Origin: Clostridiales bacterium DTU089
GTDB taxonomy: Bacteria; Bacillota; Clostridia; Oscillospirales; Acutalibacteraceae
Direction of reading: 5' to 3'
DNA length: 64,000 nt
Assembly: GCA_001513045.1 (NCBI GenBank)
Contig: LFSB01000010.1
Location: 33,900-97,899 of the forward strand
Shown here: piece by piece, positions 9,182 to 17,904 of the stretch
How positions within the stretch are numbered: the first letter of the stretch is position 1
Layout: each line of letters begins with the position of its first letter
Translations under genes and position numbers: made by a program
The notes under the pieces: model-generated
The model's input: the letters and a program-made list of their open reading frames with translations, nothing else
Databases searched by the model: none
What the model was told of the DNA's origin: nothing

Positions 9182-9212
9182 AAAAACCGCCTTGCAAAGC
9201 AAGACGGTTTTT
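9182..9212. terminator. Bidirectional intrinsic terminator shared by element A and tRNA-Leu
   Basis: A5, CCGCCTTGC-AAA-GCAAGACGG, T5. The identical 30-mer recurs at 55459-55488. Confidence 0.75.
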
Positions 9213-9213
9213 C

Positions 9214-9300
9214 TGGTGCCGATGACCGGGCTTGAACCGGTACGATGTTGCCACCGAGGGATTTTAAGTCCCTTGCGTCTGCCAATTCCGCCACATCGGC
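9214..9300 (-). tRNA. tRNA-Leu (anticodon UAA), CCA encoded
   Basis: Reverse complement folds as a cloverleaf. Acceptor GCCGATG/CATCGGC, anticodon stem AGGGA/TCCCT with loop CTTAAAA, long variable arm, T-arm ACCGG-TTCAAGC-CCGGT, 3' ACCA. Confidence 0.92.
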
Positions 9301-9331
9301 ATTAACGGAGTATTGCCGCAGAACCTCAAAA

Positions 9332-9360
9332 ATTATATACAATTTCCGGTTTCATGTCAA
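9332..9360 (-). promoter_or_regulatory. Sigma-A promoter for tRNA-Leu
   Basis: On the minus strand: TTGACA, 17-nt spacer, TATAAT, about 30 nt upstream of the tRNA 5' end. Confidence 0.6.
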
Positions 9361-9397
9361 GCGAAAAGAAGGGCTTTTATGACCGGAGGGGAGTTTT

Positions 9398-10132
9398 TTA
9401 TATAACAAGGCCTCCGTTGACCGCAAGAACCTGTCCGGTGATGTAGCGGGCACTTTCGGAAAGGAGAAATTTTACCGCATGCGCAACCTCGTCCGGGGTT
9501 CCGAGTCTGCCAAGGGGAATGTCCGCGCACATGTTTTCCTTGTCCTCGGACGAAAAACCGCTCATCATATCGGTTGCGATTATTCCGGGCGCTACGCAGT
9601 TGACTGTTATCGAGCTTGGCGCAACCTCCTTGGCAAGTGCCTTTGTGAGGCCTATAATTCCGGCCTTTGCCGCCGAATAATGAACCTCGCACGAGCCGCC
9701 GGTCTGTCCCCACATGGAGGAGATATTGACGATTGAGCCGCTTTTGCGTCTTATCATATCCTTGAGCGCCTCTTTGGAGCAGTTGAATGCACCTGTCAGA
9801 TGAACTGCAAGCATACGCTCCCATTGGGAGGATGAAATATCCGAAAATACACGCTGTTCGGCTATGCCGGCGTTGTTCACAAGTGCCGTTACCTCGCCGA
9901 GGCTGAGGCGGATTTCGGAAAACATCCTTTCAACCTCGTCAGGCTCGGAAACATCCGCTTTGAAGGCTCCGGCGCGTCCGCCGTGTGAATTAATATACTC
10001 GGCAATGTCGTTGGCTGCGTCGGCGGAGTTCAGGTAGTTGACGGCAACGGAATAACCGCTCTGCGAAAGAAGCAGGGCGGTGCTTTTTCCTATTCCGCGC
10101 GAAGCGCCTGTTACGAGTACGGTTCCGCTCAT
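9398..10132 (-). CDS. SDR-family oxidoreductase (FabG-like 3-oxoacyl reductase fold)
   Basis: TGASRGIG cofactor motif, NNAG, and the S...YxxxK catalytic pattern (YSAAK). 244 aa with a GGAGGAGG SD. Confidence 0.8.
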   Translation of the reverse strand: MSGTVLVTGASRGIGKSTALLLSQSGYSVAVNYLNSADAANDIAEYINSHGGRAGAFKADVSEPDEVERMFSEIRLSLGEVTALVNNAGIAEQRVFSDISSSQWERMLAVHLTGAFNCSKEALKDMIRRKSGSIVNISSMWGQTGGSCEVHYSAAKAGIIGLTKALAKEVAPSSITVNCVAPGIIATDMMSGFSSEDKENMCADIPLGRLGTPDEVAHAVKFLLSESARYITGQVLAVNGGLVI

Positions 10133-10917
10133 TTTGAGCCTCCTCCAAAGGCGAGAAGGTCGGATGATTTGCCCTTTTCGTATCCGTCGGGAACTGCAAA
10201 ATACGCTTCGGGCGGGTCGGGCGTAAGCTCGTCTATAACAAGATCCATCTCTATAACTCCGTCAGCGTCATAGGAGGACATTTTCAGCATATTGTCTCCG
10301 CTCATATAGTATTTCACCGATGAGCCGTCTTCGGATTTGAAGTTTTTACACACAACCTTGCAGCCGTCGAGAATTTCCTCGGTTTCACCGAGATATTCCG
10401 CACTTGAGTCTGAACCGATAGAATCAAGATTGAAGCCTCCGAGTATGAAATTGGGCATATTGTAATAAAGCTTCATGTCGGGGAACAGCAGCAGACCGTC
10501 CTTGCCGTACATTATGACGGATGCCGAAAGGCCGGAAAGCTGCGTCTGCATGGATACCTTGTCGATTTTGTAGGCAATTTTTATCGGAACATATCCGGTG
10601 TCGGCATCAACATACATGCTGCCGACAAGCAAAAAGTTACGTGAATTAAAAACAGAAATATCGTCGGTGGGAACGGAAGGAGCCGTTGTTGATTCGGTTG
10701 ATGTCGGGGTTTCGCCGTCTGGCACGGAGGTCTGCTCGGAGGGGACGGACGGCTGAACCCGGTCTGTATTTATCGAGCCGGATTTATCGGCTGAATGTGT
10801 CTCCTCAAAAAAATTAATATCTCCGCCGGAGGTGGCAACAGTGGTGCCTGAGCCGCACGAGCACAGCGAGAGAACCATAACAAGCACGAATATAAAAGAG
10901 AGAGATTTTTTCAAAGC
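10129..10917 (-). CDS. Lipoprotein of unknown function
   Basis: Signal peptide ending LSLCSCGSG (lipobox-like), then a Ser/Thr/Pro-rich linker. A TTG start at 10917 is favoured by GAGGTG SD spacing. 4-nt overlap with the SDR gene. Confidence 0.55.
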   Translation of the reverse strand, partial: ALKKSLSFIFVLVMVLSLCSCGSGTTVATSGGDINFFEETHSADKSGSINTDRVQPSVPSEQTSVPDGETPTSTESTTAPSVPTDDISVFNSRNFLLVGSMYVDADTGYVPIKIAYKIDKVSMQTQLSGLSASVIMYGKDGLLLFPDMKLYYNMPNFILGGFNLDSIGSDSSAEYLGETEEILDGCKVVCKNFKSEDGSSVKYYMSGDNMLKMSSYDADGVIEMDLVIDELTPDPPEAYFAVPDGYEKGKSSDLLAFGGGSK

Positions 10918-10999
10918 TATCAACACCTCAACAAAATAATGAAATTATGATATCATTTTACACGTAAAAAGTCAAACAATACAGACGAAAAGCTTCATA

Positions 11000-11028
11000 T
11001 TGATTTTTTCTCCGCAAAAGAGTATAAT
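11000..11028 (+). promoter_or_regulatory. Sigma-A promoter for phosphoglucomutase gene
   Basis: TTGATT, 17-nt spacer, TATAAT. Confidence 0.5.
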
Positions 11029-11057
11029 ATACAACAGAATAATACATGGAGGTAGAC

Positions 11058-12782
11058 ATGATGAACGATATACATGCACTTTATGAGCTTTGGAAGGAAA
11101 AAGCGGTGCTTGACCCCGACCTTAAAACCGAGCTTGATGCCATGGAGGGCAATGAGGATGCCATACTCGACAGCTTTTACTGCAATCTGCAGTTCGGTAC
11201 GGGCGGACTTCGCGGAGTAATCGGTGCCGGAACCAACAGAATGAATGTCTATACAGTCGGGCAGACAACGCAGGGTCTTGCCGATTATCTCAATGCAAAT
11301 TTTGAAAATCCGTCGGTAGCGATAGCCTTTGACTCGCGTATAAAATCGGAGGTATTTGCACATCAGGCGGCGGGCGTTCTTGCCGCCAACGGAATAAAGG
11401 TCTATATTTATCCGGAGCTTATGCCCACGCCGATGCTTTCATTTGCGGTGAAACGTCTGGGCTGCTCGTCCGGAATAGTAATAACCGCAAGCCATAATCC
11501 TTCAAAATATAACGGATACAAGTGCTATGACCCGCACGGCTATCAGATGACCGATGAAGCTGCCGCCGCAACCTATGAATATATAGGAAAGGTCGATATA
11601 TTCACAGGCGTAAAGCGTATGGATTTTGATGACGCTCTTGCCGAGGATATGGTGGATTTCATAGAGGACTGGGTGAAAGAGGAGTTTTTTGCCGAGGTGC
11701 TCAAAACCCAGATTAATCCGGGAATATGCAAAAAAGCAGGGCTGAAAATCATATACACTCCGCTTAACGGCACCGGAAACAAGCCTGTCCGCCGTATGCT
11801 CCGTGTTGTAGGCGTAAAGGATGTTTCTGTTGTTCCCGAGCAGGAAAAGCCGGACGGACATTTCCCCACCTGCAGCTATCCTAACCCGGAATTCCGCGAG
11901 GCGTTTGAAAGCGCGTTGGCAATGGCGGAAACCTCGGATGCCGATTTGCTGATTGCAACAGACCCCGACTGTGACCGTATCGGCATAGCCGTCCATCATG
12001 ACGGGGACTATCGCCTGATGACCGGTAACGAGGTCGGAGCGATGCTTTCCGAATATATTCTCGAACAGAGAACGGCAAAGGGGAATCTTCCCGAGCATCC
12101 GTATATTCTCAAATCAATAGTAACCTCACCGCTCATATCAAAAATAGCGGAGGCTTACGGCTGTGAGATGGTCGATTTGCTCACAGGCTTTAAGTATACA
12201 GGCGAATTTATAACCAAGCTTGCCGAAAAGGGTGAGTTTGACCGCTTCCTTCTCGGAATGGAGGAGAGCTACGGCTATCTGTCGGGCGCTCAGGCGAGGG
12301 ATAAGGACGCGGTCGGCGCCTCTGTTCTTGTTGCGGAAATGGCATCTTACTACAAAACTCTCGGCATGGACCTCGTGGATTTCATGGATTCAATATACAA
12401 AAAATACGGATATTATCTCAACGTCGTTAACAACTTCGGCTTTGAGGGTGCACAGGGGATGCAGCAGATGCAGGATATAATGTCCGCGATGCGTAAGGCC
12501 GCTCCCGCACAGCTCGGCGGAAAAAAGGTGGAAAAGACATCCGACTACAAGCTCGGCGAGATTGTCTGTGTGGCATCGGGTGAAAAATGCGATACGGGAC
12601 TTCCGCGCTCAAATGTGCTTTCGTATGACCTTGAGGACGGCAATCGTGTAATGGTTCGTCCGTCGGGCACAGAGCCGAAAATAAAGGTCTATATTACCTC
12701 AAGAGCCGCCGACCGCGCAGCTGCCGAGAAGCAGGCGGAAGCGTTTTCTGCTGATATGAAAAGCCATATGGGAATCAAATAA
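11058..12782 (+). CDS. Phospho-sugar mutase (alpha-phosphoglucomutase/phosphomannomutase family)
   Basis: Active-site loop TASHNPSKYNGYK, a metal loop DPDCDRIG, and GEESYG-like MEESYGY. Start at 11058 or 11061, after a GGAGG SD. Confidence 0.88.
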   Translation: MMNDIHALYELWKEKAVLDPDLKTELDAMEGNEDAILDSFYCNLQFGTGGLRGVIGAGTNRMNVYTVGQTTQGLADYLNANFENPSVAIAFDSRIKSEVFAHQAAGVLAANGIKVYIYPELMPTPMLSFAVKRLGCSSGIVITASHNPSKYNGYKCYDPHGYQMTDEAAAATYEYIGKVDIFTGVKRMDFDDALAEDMVDFIEDWVKEEFFAEVLKTQINPGICKKAGLKIIYTPLNGTGNKPVRRMLRVVGVKDVSVVPEQEKPDGHFPTCSYPNPEFREAFESALAMAETSDADLLIATDPDCDRIGIAVHHDGDYRLMTGNEVGAMLSEYILEQRTAKGNLPEHPYILKSIVTSPLISKIAEAYGCEMVDLLTGFKYTGEFITKLAEKGEFDRFLLGMEESYGYLSGAQARDKDAVGASVLVAEMASYYKTLGMDLVDFMDSIYKKYGYYLNVVNNFGFEGAQGMQQMQDIMSAMRKAAPAQLGGKKVEKTSDYKLGEIVCVASGEKCDTGLPRSNVLSYDLEDGNRVMVRPSGTEPKIKVYITSRAADRAAAEKQAEAFSADMKSHMGIK

Positions 12783-12800
12783 AATACGGGAGTTGCAAAG

Positions 12801-13064
12801 ATGGTATCCAAAAAAATTATACGAGTGGTTTCACTTTTGCTCGCTCTGCTTATGGCTGCCGGAGCTGTGGCGGTGATTTTTCAGGTGGTTGCAAACGGGG
12901 CGGATGTGAACGCCGTTCCGGAAACCGGAAGGAATTCATCGGTGAAGGTTGTATACTTCGCCGCAGGCGCTGCGCTTATATGCGCAGGCTGTGTCATAGC
13001 CGGAAGAAAAAGGAAAAAGCCCGATGAAAGCAAGGGTGAAACCTATACCGAAAAGAACGTGTGA
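12801..13064 (+). CDS. Small pre-protein with signal peptide and LPXTG-like (VPETG) sorting signal but almost no passenger
   Basis: 87 aa. N-terminal hydrophobic span (residues 8-30), VPETG at 39-43, second hydrophobic span at 49-68, RKRKK at 69-73. GGGAG SD 8 nt upstream. Confidence 0.55.
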   Translation: MVSKKIIRVVSLLLALLMAAGAVAVIFQVVANGADVNAVPETGRNSSVKVVYFAAGAALICAGCVIAGRKRKKPDESKGETYTEKNV

Positions 13065-13108
13065 AACACAGGCAAAAAATAAAAGATTTCCCATACAAAA
13101 AATTTTTG

Positions 13109-13137
13109 TTGACAAACTTGAAAAATTAGTCTATTAT
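13109..13137 (+). promoter_or_regulatory. Sigma-A promoter for sigma-factor gene
   Basis: TTGACA, 17-nt spacer, TATTAT. Confidence 0.55.
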
Positions 13138-13171
13138 AAGGTCATTCTCGGATGTTGAGAGGTGCCACTGA

Positions 13172-13756
13172 ATGAATGCACCGCAAAACAAAAGCTATAA
13201 GACGCTTGCGGACGAAGCTCTTGCTTCGCTTGCAAAGGGAGGGGACTCCAAGGCGTCTGCGGAGCTTGTTTTAAGGCTTACCGGAGTGGTAAGGGCGCAG
13301 GCTGCCGCCTTTTCGGGCACATTGCTTGAGGCGGAGGATTTGGCGCAGGAGGGTATGTTCGGTTTGCTTTCGGCAATCAACACCTACACCCCCGGCGGAC
13401 AGGCTTCTTTTAAAACGTACGCGGGAGTGTGTGTGCGTAACAGAATGGCGGATGCTCTTAAATCTGCCTCAAGAGGTAAGCATTCCCCGGCTAATCTGCA
13501 GGTTCCTATTGATGACCGGCAGCCGGATTCAAATGCAGGTCCGGAGGCATATGTAATATCAAAAGAAAGCGTCGAGAATATAAAAAGGTTTCTCGTAAGC
13601 GGTCTTTCGGAAACAGAAAGCACGGTAATCAGGCTGTATCTCGGCTCAATGAGCTATGAAGATATAGCGGCAAGGCTCGGTATCACGGCAAAATCGGTTG
13701 ACAATGCTCTCCAAAGGGCGCGGCGTAAACTCCGGTATTTTGACAGTGGCGGCTGA
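13172..13756 (+). CDS. Sigma-70 family RNA polymerase sigma factor, SigH-like
   Basis: Region 2 (DLAQEGMFGLLSAINTY...SFKTYAGVCVRNRMADALKSASRGKH) resembles the SigH pattern QEGMIGL...KH. Region 4 HTH (SYEDIAARLGITAKSVDNALQRARRKL). Confidence 0.75.
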   Translation: MNAPQNKSYKTLADEALASLAKGGDSKASAELVLRLTGVVRAQAAAFSGTLLEAEDLAQEGMFGLLSAINTYTPGGQASFKTYAGVCVRNRMADALKSASRGKHSPANLQVPIDDRQPDSNAGPEAYVISKESVENIKRFLVSGLSETESTVIRLYLGSMSYEDIAARLGITAKSVDNALQRARRKLRYFDSGG

Positions 13757-13885
13757 GATTTTTATATAACCAATATACAGCTCAAGCTGTTAATATGCCC
13801 TCATAGCTCAAAGAGAGCGTTGTTTACAAAGATAGCGGTGCGATTCCGTTGGGGGGTAATACTTTATTTCAAGCGAGGTAGCAAA

Positions 13886-14164
13886 ATGTACGAAGACAAA
13901 ACTCTCATCTGCAAGGAATGTGGCGAGGAATTCATTTTCACCGCCGGCGAGCAGGAATTCTACGATGCAAAAGGTTTCGTAAACGAGCCCCAGCGTTGCA
14001 AGAACTGCCGCGATCAGCGCAAAGCCGCTTCAAGAGGCGAGCGCGAAATGTACACAGCCACATGCGCGTCATGCGGTCAGGAAGCAAAGGTTCCCTTTAA
14101 GCCCCGTGAAGACCGTCCTGTTTATTGCAGTGATTGCTTTGCAAAAATGAAGGAAGAAGCATAA
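13886..14164 (+). CDS. Zinc-ribbon protein (CxxC-x17-CxxC type)
   Basis: 92 aa containing CKECG...CKNCR and CASCG...CSDCF. The ATG at 13886 is preferred over the 13820 ORF start. Confidence 0.7.
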   Translation: MYEDKTLICKECGEEFIFTAGEQEFYDAKGFVNEPQRCKNCRDQRKAASRGEREMYTATCASCGQEAKVPFKPREDRPVYCSDCFAKMKEEA

Positions 14165-14186
14165 ATTTTTATAAAATTATGCCGGT

Positions 14187-14227
14187 AAGGCTCCTACTCG
14201 AAAGGGTTAGGAGCCTTTTCTTTTTTT
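14187..14227 (+). terminator. Intrinsic terminator
   Basis: AAGGCTCCTA...TAGGAGCCTT stem followed by a T-run. Confidence 0.7.
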
Positions 14228-14293
14228 CGTTGCATATTAGGCGCACAAATGAAAATAATACCTCTTGAAGCATTAGTGAAAAGAGGTAAAAAT

Positions 14294-14647
14294 ATGATAT
14301 TTCTGAAAGCGTTTCTTGTCGGAGGAGTTATCTGTGCGATAGGTCAGCTCATAATCGACCTTACAAAGCTGACGCCGGGCAAAATACTTGTTATTTTCGT
14401 AATAGCCGGTGTCGTGCTCGGTGCGTTCGGTGTATATGAGCCGCTTGTCGAGTTCGCCGGGGCGGGTGCAACCGTACCCTTGACCGGCTTCGGCAATGTG
14501 CTTGTAAAGGGTACCCGCGAAGCGATAATGAAGGACGGCTTGCTCGGTGTCCTGACAGGGCCGATGAGTGCGGGTGCGGCGGGGATAATGGCTGCGCTCA
14601 TCAGCGGAATCGTTGTATCATTTCTCGCAAAGCCCAAGCAGAAATAA
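14294..14647 (+). CDS. spoVAE: Stage V sporulation protein AE (SpoVAEB-type)
   Basis: MIFLKAFLVGGVICAIGQLIIDL...FAGAGATVPLTGFG closely matches the SpoVAEB pattern as I recall it. AGAGG SD. Confidence 0.8.
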   Translation: MIFLKAFLVGGVICAIGQLIIDLTKLTPGKILVIFVIAGVVLGAFGVYEPLVEFAGAGATVPLTGFGNVLVKGTREAIMKDGLLGVLTGPMSAGAAGIMAALISGIVVSFLAKPKQK

Positions 14648-14689
14648 AACAGAAGGGAATGCGATATACGGTATCGTGCGGTAAAAGGC

Positions 14690-15574
14690 ATGAATTTCAG
14701 AACCGACCTTGCGCTTGAGCGCCGTGAACTGCTCGGAAAAGCCGATATACCGGGTGTTGAGAGCCGTGAAAGCGATATGGGAAGCGCACATGTCACAGAA
14801 ATAAAAATTACCGGAGACGAAGGCTCGCAGAGGCTGGGCAAGCCAAAGGGAAGATATATAACCGTTGAGGTGCCGCCGTTTTCAGATGATGCCGAGGTGC
14901 TTGATGAACGTCTGGAGGCTCTCAAACAGGCGTTGCTGTCCTTGCTGCCTTCCGAGGGGCTTGTTCTGGTGGCGGGTCTTGGGAATGATGAGATAACCCC
15001 GGACTCCTTCGGACCGAAAACCCTGCGCAGACTGATTGCTACGCGGCATATTACCGGAGAGGTGGCGCGTGCGGCGGGACTCGGTGAGCTCAGGGCGGTA
15101 GCCGGAATAGTACCCGGAGTTCTCGGACAGACCGGCATTGAAACCGGGGAGATAATAAAGGGTGTCGCAGACTGTGTAAAGCCCTCTGCGGTTGTAGTTG
15201 CCGACGCTCTTGCATCAAGGAGTCTTTCAAGGCTGGGACGCACCGTACAGCTTTCGGATACGGGGATATGCCCCGGCTCGGGAGTGGGCAACAGGCGGGC
15301 GAAAATTGATGCCGGCACACTCGGCGTGCCAGTGATTTCAATAGGTGTTCCCATGGTGGTGGATGCCGCAACGCTTGCGCTTGATGTTCTGGACGGTTCG
15401 GCTTCGGGCTTGCCGGAGGCGGAAAAAAGAATAGACCCGGCGGCGCGTGAAATGATGGTCACTCCCAGAGAGATAGACCTTGTAAGTGAACGGGCGGCAA
15501 GGCTTACATCTCTTGCGCTCAATTGTGCGCTTCAGACAAGTATGAGTGCGCAGGACGTGCTTGCTTTAATGTAA
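14690..15574 (+). CDS. gpr: Germination protease (GPR endopeptidase)
   Basis: N-terminus MNFRTDLALERRE, typical size of 294 aa, and the conserved gpr-spoIIP gene order. Confidence 0.88.
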   Translation: MNFRTDLALERRELLGKADIPGVESRESDMGSAHVTEIKITGDEGSQRLGKPKGRYITVEVPPFSDDAEVLDERLEALKQALLSLLPSEGLVLVAGLGNDEITPDSFGPKTLRRLIATRHITGEVARAAGLGELRAVAGIVPGVLGQTGIETGEIIKGVADCVKPSAVVVADALASRSLSRLGRTVQLSDTGICPGSGVGNRRAKIDAGTLGVPVISIGVPMVVDAATLALDVLDGSASGLPEAEKRIDPAAREMMVTPREIDLVSERAARLTSLALNCALQTSMSAQDVLALM

Positions 15575-15625
15575 TATAAGTGCGCCTCCCTGCATAAATT
15601 TTAAGGTGAAGGGAGGCGTGCGGAT

Positions 15626-16762
15626 ATGCGTGTACAGCTTAAAGGAAGACTCGGTTGCCTGCTTGCGGTGCTCATAATTGCGGCATCTGTTATATACAGC
15701 AACACTCTTTCGGGCGGTATAGCTTTTGCGGCGCTGTTTTCCGCAAGGGCAGCTATGCCGCAGGCGGCACTGGCTAATTTGCGGAACGAGGCGGGCGATA
15801 CGAGTGTGAGCGGCGCTCTGTCTGCGGTGAAGGATGAGCAGGGCGCTTATAAAAGCGAGTCAAAGCCGTCGGCTCTTCTTCCGGTTTACTCTCCGCTTGC
15901 CGCGGTGCCTGATGATATATTGTCGCTTATGGAGTCCGCAAATGAGATGTATTCATCCTTTGAAAGGAGCGGCAACATAAACGAAAGGCAATATACCGCG
16001 GCGGACGCTTCAAGTGTATATGAAAACATAGCCGTGCGCAGCTCCTCGGCAACCTACAGCGTAAATATAAAAAACGAGCTTGAAACGGGGACGGATTTGA
16101 CGATTGCCGACAAATCCCAACCGTGCGTTCTCATATATCATACCCACGCGACCGAGGGCTTTGAGTTGCTTTCGGAGGGCTGGTATTCAAATTCTTACGA
16201 TTCGCGCACTGCGGATGTCGGAAAAAATATAGTCCGTGTAGGCAAAGAAATAGCCTCGCAGCTTGAAAAATCAGGCTACAAGGTTATACATGACGAGAGC
16301 ATCTATGACACCTCATACAGCGGTGCTTATGCCCGTTCCGCCGAAGCGGTGAAGGCTTATCTTGCAAAGTACCCCGGAATAAAAATCACTCTCGATATTC
16401 ACCGCGACGCCATAAAGCTTGACAACGGCACAAAGCTCAAGCCCACGGCCGTCATAAACGGCAAAAAAGCGGCACAGATTATGATAATAAGCGGCTGTGA
16501 GGAGGGGAGCATCACCGATTTTCCGGAGTGGCGTCAGAATTTCAGGTTTGCCCTGCGGCTTCACCAGGCGTGTGAAAATGAATACGGCGGAATTATGAGA
16601 CCTATAATGTTCGGTCCGCGCCGCTACAACATGAATCTTACGCCGTGGTCGCTGCTTGTGGAATTCGGTACCGATGCGAATACGCTTGACGAGGCGGCAT
16701 ACTCCGGCAGACTTTTCGGGGATGCACTTGCAAAGCTGCTTGACACGGCAAATGCCGTTTGA
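15626..16762 (+). CDS. spoIIP: Stage II sporulation protein P
   Basis: N-terminal anchor, IYHTHATEGF block, and position immediately after gpr. Confidence 0.8.
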   Translation: MRVQLKGRLGCLLAVLIIAASVIYSNTLSGGIAFAALFSARAAMPQAALANLRNEAGDTSVSGALSAVKDEQGAYKSESKPSALLPVYSPLAAVPDDILSLMESANEMYSSFERSGNINERQYTAADASSVYENIAVRSSSATYSVNIKNELETGTDLTIADKSQPCVLIYHTHATEGFELLSEGWYSNSYDSRTADVGKNIVRVGKEIASQLEKSGYKVIHDESIYDTSYSGAYARSAEAVKAYLAKYPGIKITLDIHRDAIKLDNGTKLKPTAVINGKKAAQIMIISGCEEGSITDFPEWRQNFRFALRLHQACENEYGGIMRPIMFGPRRYNMNLTPWSLLVEFGTDANTLDEAAYSGRLFGDALAKLLDTANAV

Positions 16763-16786
16763 ATTCAAGGAAAAGGAAGAAACAGA

Positions 16787-16954
16787 ATGAAAAATTCAGA
16801 GCTTTCGCAATTACTCAGGATGTACATTGTAAGTATGGCGGCATGCCTGCTGCTCATTGCTCTCGGTGCAGGAATAGTGTCTGTAAACAACAACACCAAA
16901 GCTGTAAGCTTTGGTGAAGAGGTTGTTATGAGAGAAGAGACAGGCAGGAGTTAA
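16787..16954 (+). CDS. Small (55-aa) single-pass membrane protein, hypothetical
   Basis: Hand-found ORF MKNSELSQLLRMYIVSMAACLLLIALGAGIVSV...; it falls below the ORF-track length cut-off. An AAGGAAG SD-like motif lies upstream. Its stop overlaps the convergent cysK stop. Confidence 0.4.
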   Translation: MKNSELSQLLRMYIVSMAACLLLIALGAGIVSVNNNTKAVSFGEEVVMREETGRS

Positions 16955-17883
16955 ATCTCAAACAAATTCGTGGAAAGATATCTCTCGCCCGAATCGGTGA
17001 ACAAGACGGCTACCGTTTTGCCCTCCGCTTCGGGTCTTTTTGCAATTTGCGTTGCCGCATACAGTGCCGCGCCGGAGGAAATGCCTACAAGCAAGCCCTC
17101 TTTTTTTGCAACAAGTCGCGCACATTCGTATGCCTGCTCGGTTGTTACGGTGATAACCTCATCAAGTATTCCGCGGTTAAGATTATCCGGCACGAAGCCC
17201 GCGCCTATGCCCATGATTTTATGCGGTCCCGCCTGGCCTCCGGACAGCACCGGGGAATCCGCCGGCTCGACGGCAACAATCTTTATGCGCTTGTTGAATG
17301 CCTTTAAAATCTCGCCGACACCGGTTATCGTGCCGCCTGTTCCCACGCCGGCAACAAAATAGTTTATCTTGCCGTTTGTGTCGCGAAGCAGCTCGGGACC
17401 TGTGGTTATACGGTGTATCTGAGGATTTGAGGGGTTGGAAAACTGGTCGGGTATGTATGCGTCGGGTATGGTCTGCGCGAGGGCTTTTGATTTTTCGATA
17501 GCTCCCGCCATACCCTCGCTCGCCGGAGTGAGCACAAGCTCCGCACCGAGGGCACTCAGGAGCTTCTTGCGCTCCTCACTCATGTTTTCGGGCATGGTGA
17601 GTATGAGACGGTAGCCCTTTATTGAGCAGGCGAAGGCAAGCCCCACGCCCGTGTTGCCGCTGGTGGGTTCGATAACAACAGAGGATTTTTTGAGCAGTCC
17701 CTGCTTTTCGGCATCCTCTATCATTGCGAGTCCGACCCTGTCCTTGGCGCTGCCGAGGGGGTTGAAGTACTCAAGCTTGGCAATGATTCCGGCGCGTGCT
17801 CCGACCTCCGCGCAGTAGCGCGAAAGGCTGAGTACGGGTGTTTTACCTACAAGCTGTGTGAGATTTGCAGCTATATCAGACAT
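16951..17883 (-). CDS. cysK: Cysteine synthase A (O-acetylserine sulfhydrylase)
   Basis: PLP-lysine block NPLGSAKDR and GTGGT loop (VGTGGTITG). GGAGGTG SD before the ATG at 17883. Confidence 0.9.
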   Translation of the reverse strand: MSDIAANLTQLVGKTPVLSLSRYCAEVGARAGIIAKLEYFNPLGSAKDRVGLAMIEDAEKQGLLKKSSVVIEPTSGNTGVGLAFACSIKGYRLILTMPENMSEERKKLLSALGAELVLTPASEGMAGAIEKSKALAQTIPDAYIPDQFSNPSNPQIHRITTGPELLRDTNGKINYFVAGVGTGGTITGVGEILKAFNKRIKIVAVEPADSPVLSGGQAGPHKIMGIGAGFVPDNLNRGILDEVITVTTEQAYECARLVAKKEGLLVGISSGAALYAATQIAKRPEAEGKTVAVLFTDSGERYLSTNLFEI

Positions 17884-17904
17884 GTGTGCCACCTCCGTAA
17901 AAGT

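Noticed and set aside
8992-9342. 116-aa minus-strand ORF spanning element A and tRNA-Leu (and, similarly, the 122-aa ORF at 56476-56844 spanning element B and tRNA-Gly)
   Set aside because: These ORFs read straight through a tRNA gene, a terminator hairpin and the heptamer-hairpin array. The repeated SDI/ISR peptides are just the translated heptamers.
14344-15522. 392-aa minus-strand ORF covering spoVAE and gpr
   Set aside because: It is entirely antisense to two genes with strong family signatures. The product is S/P/T/A/R-rich low complexity, which is typical of the antisense frame of GC-rich coding DNA. No SD is present.
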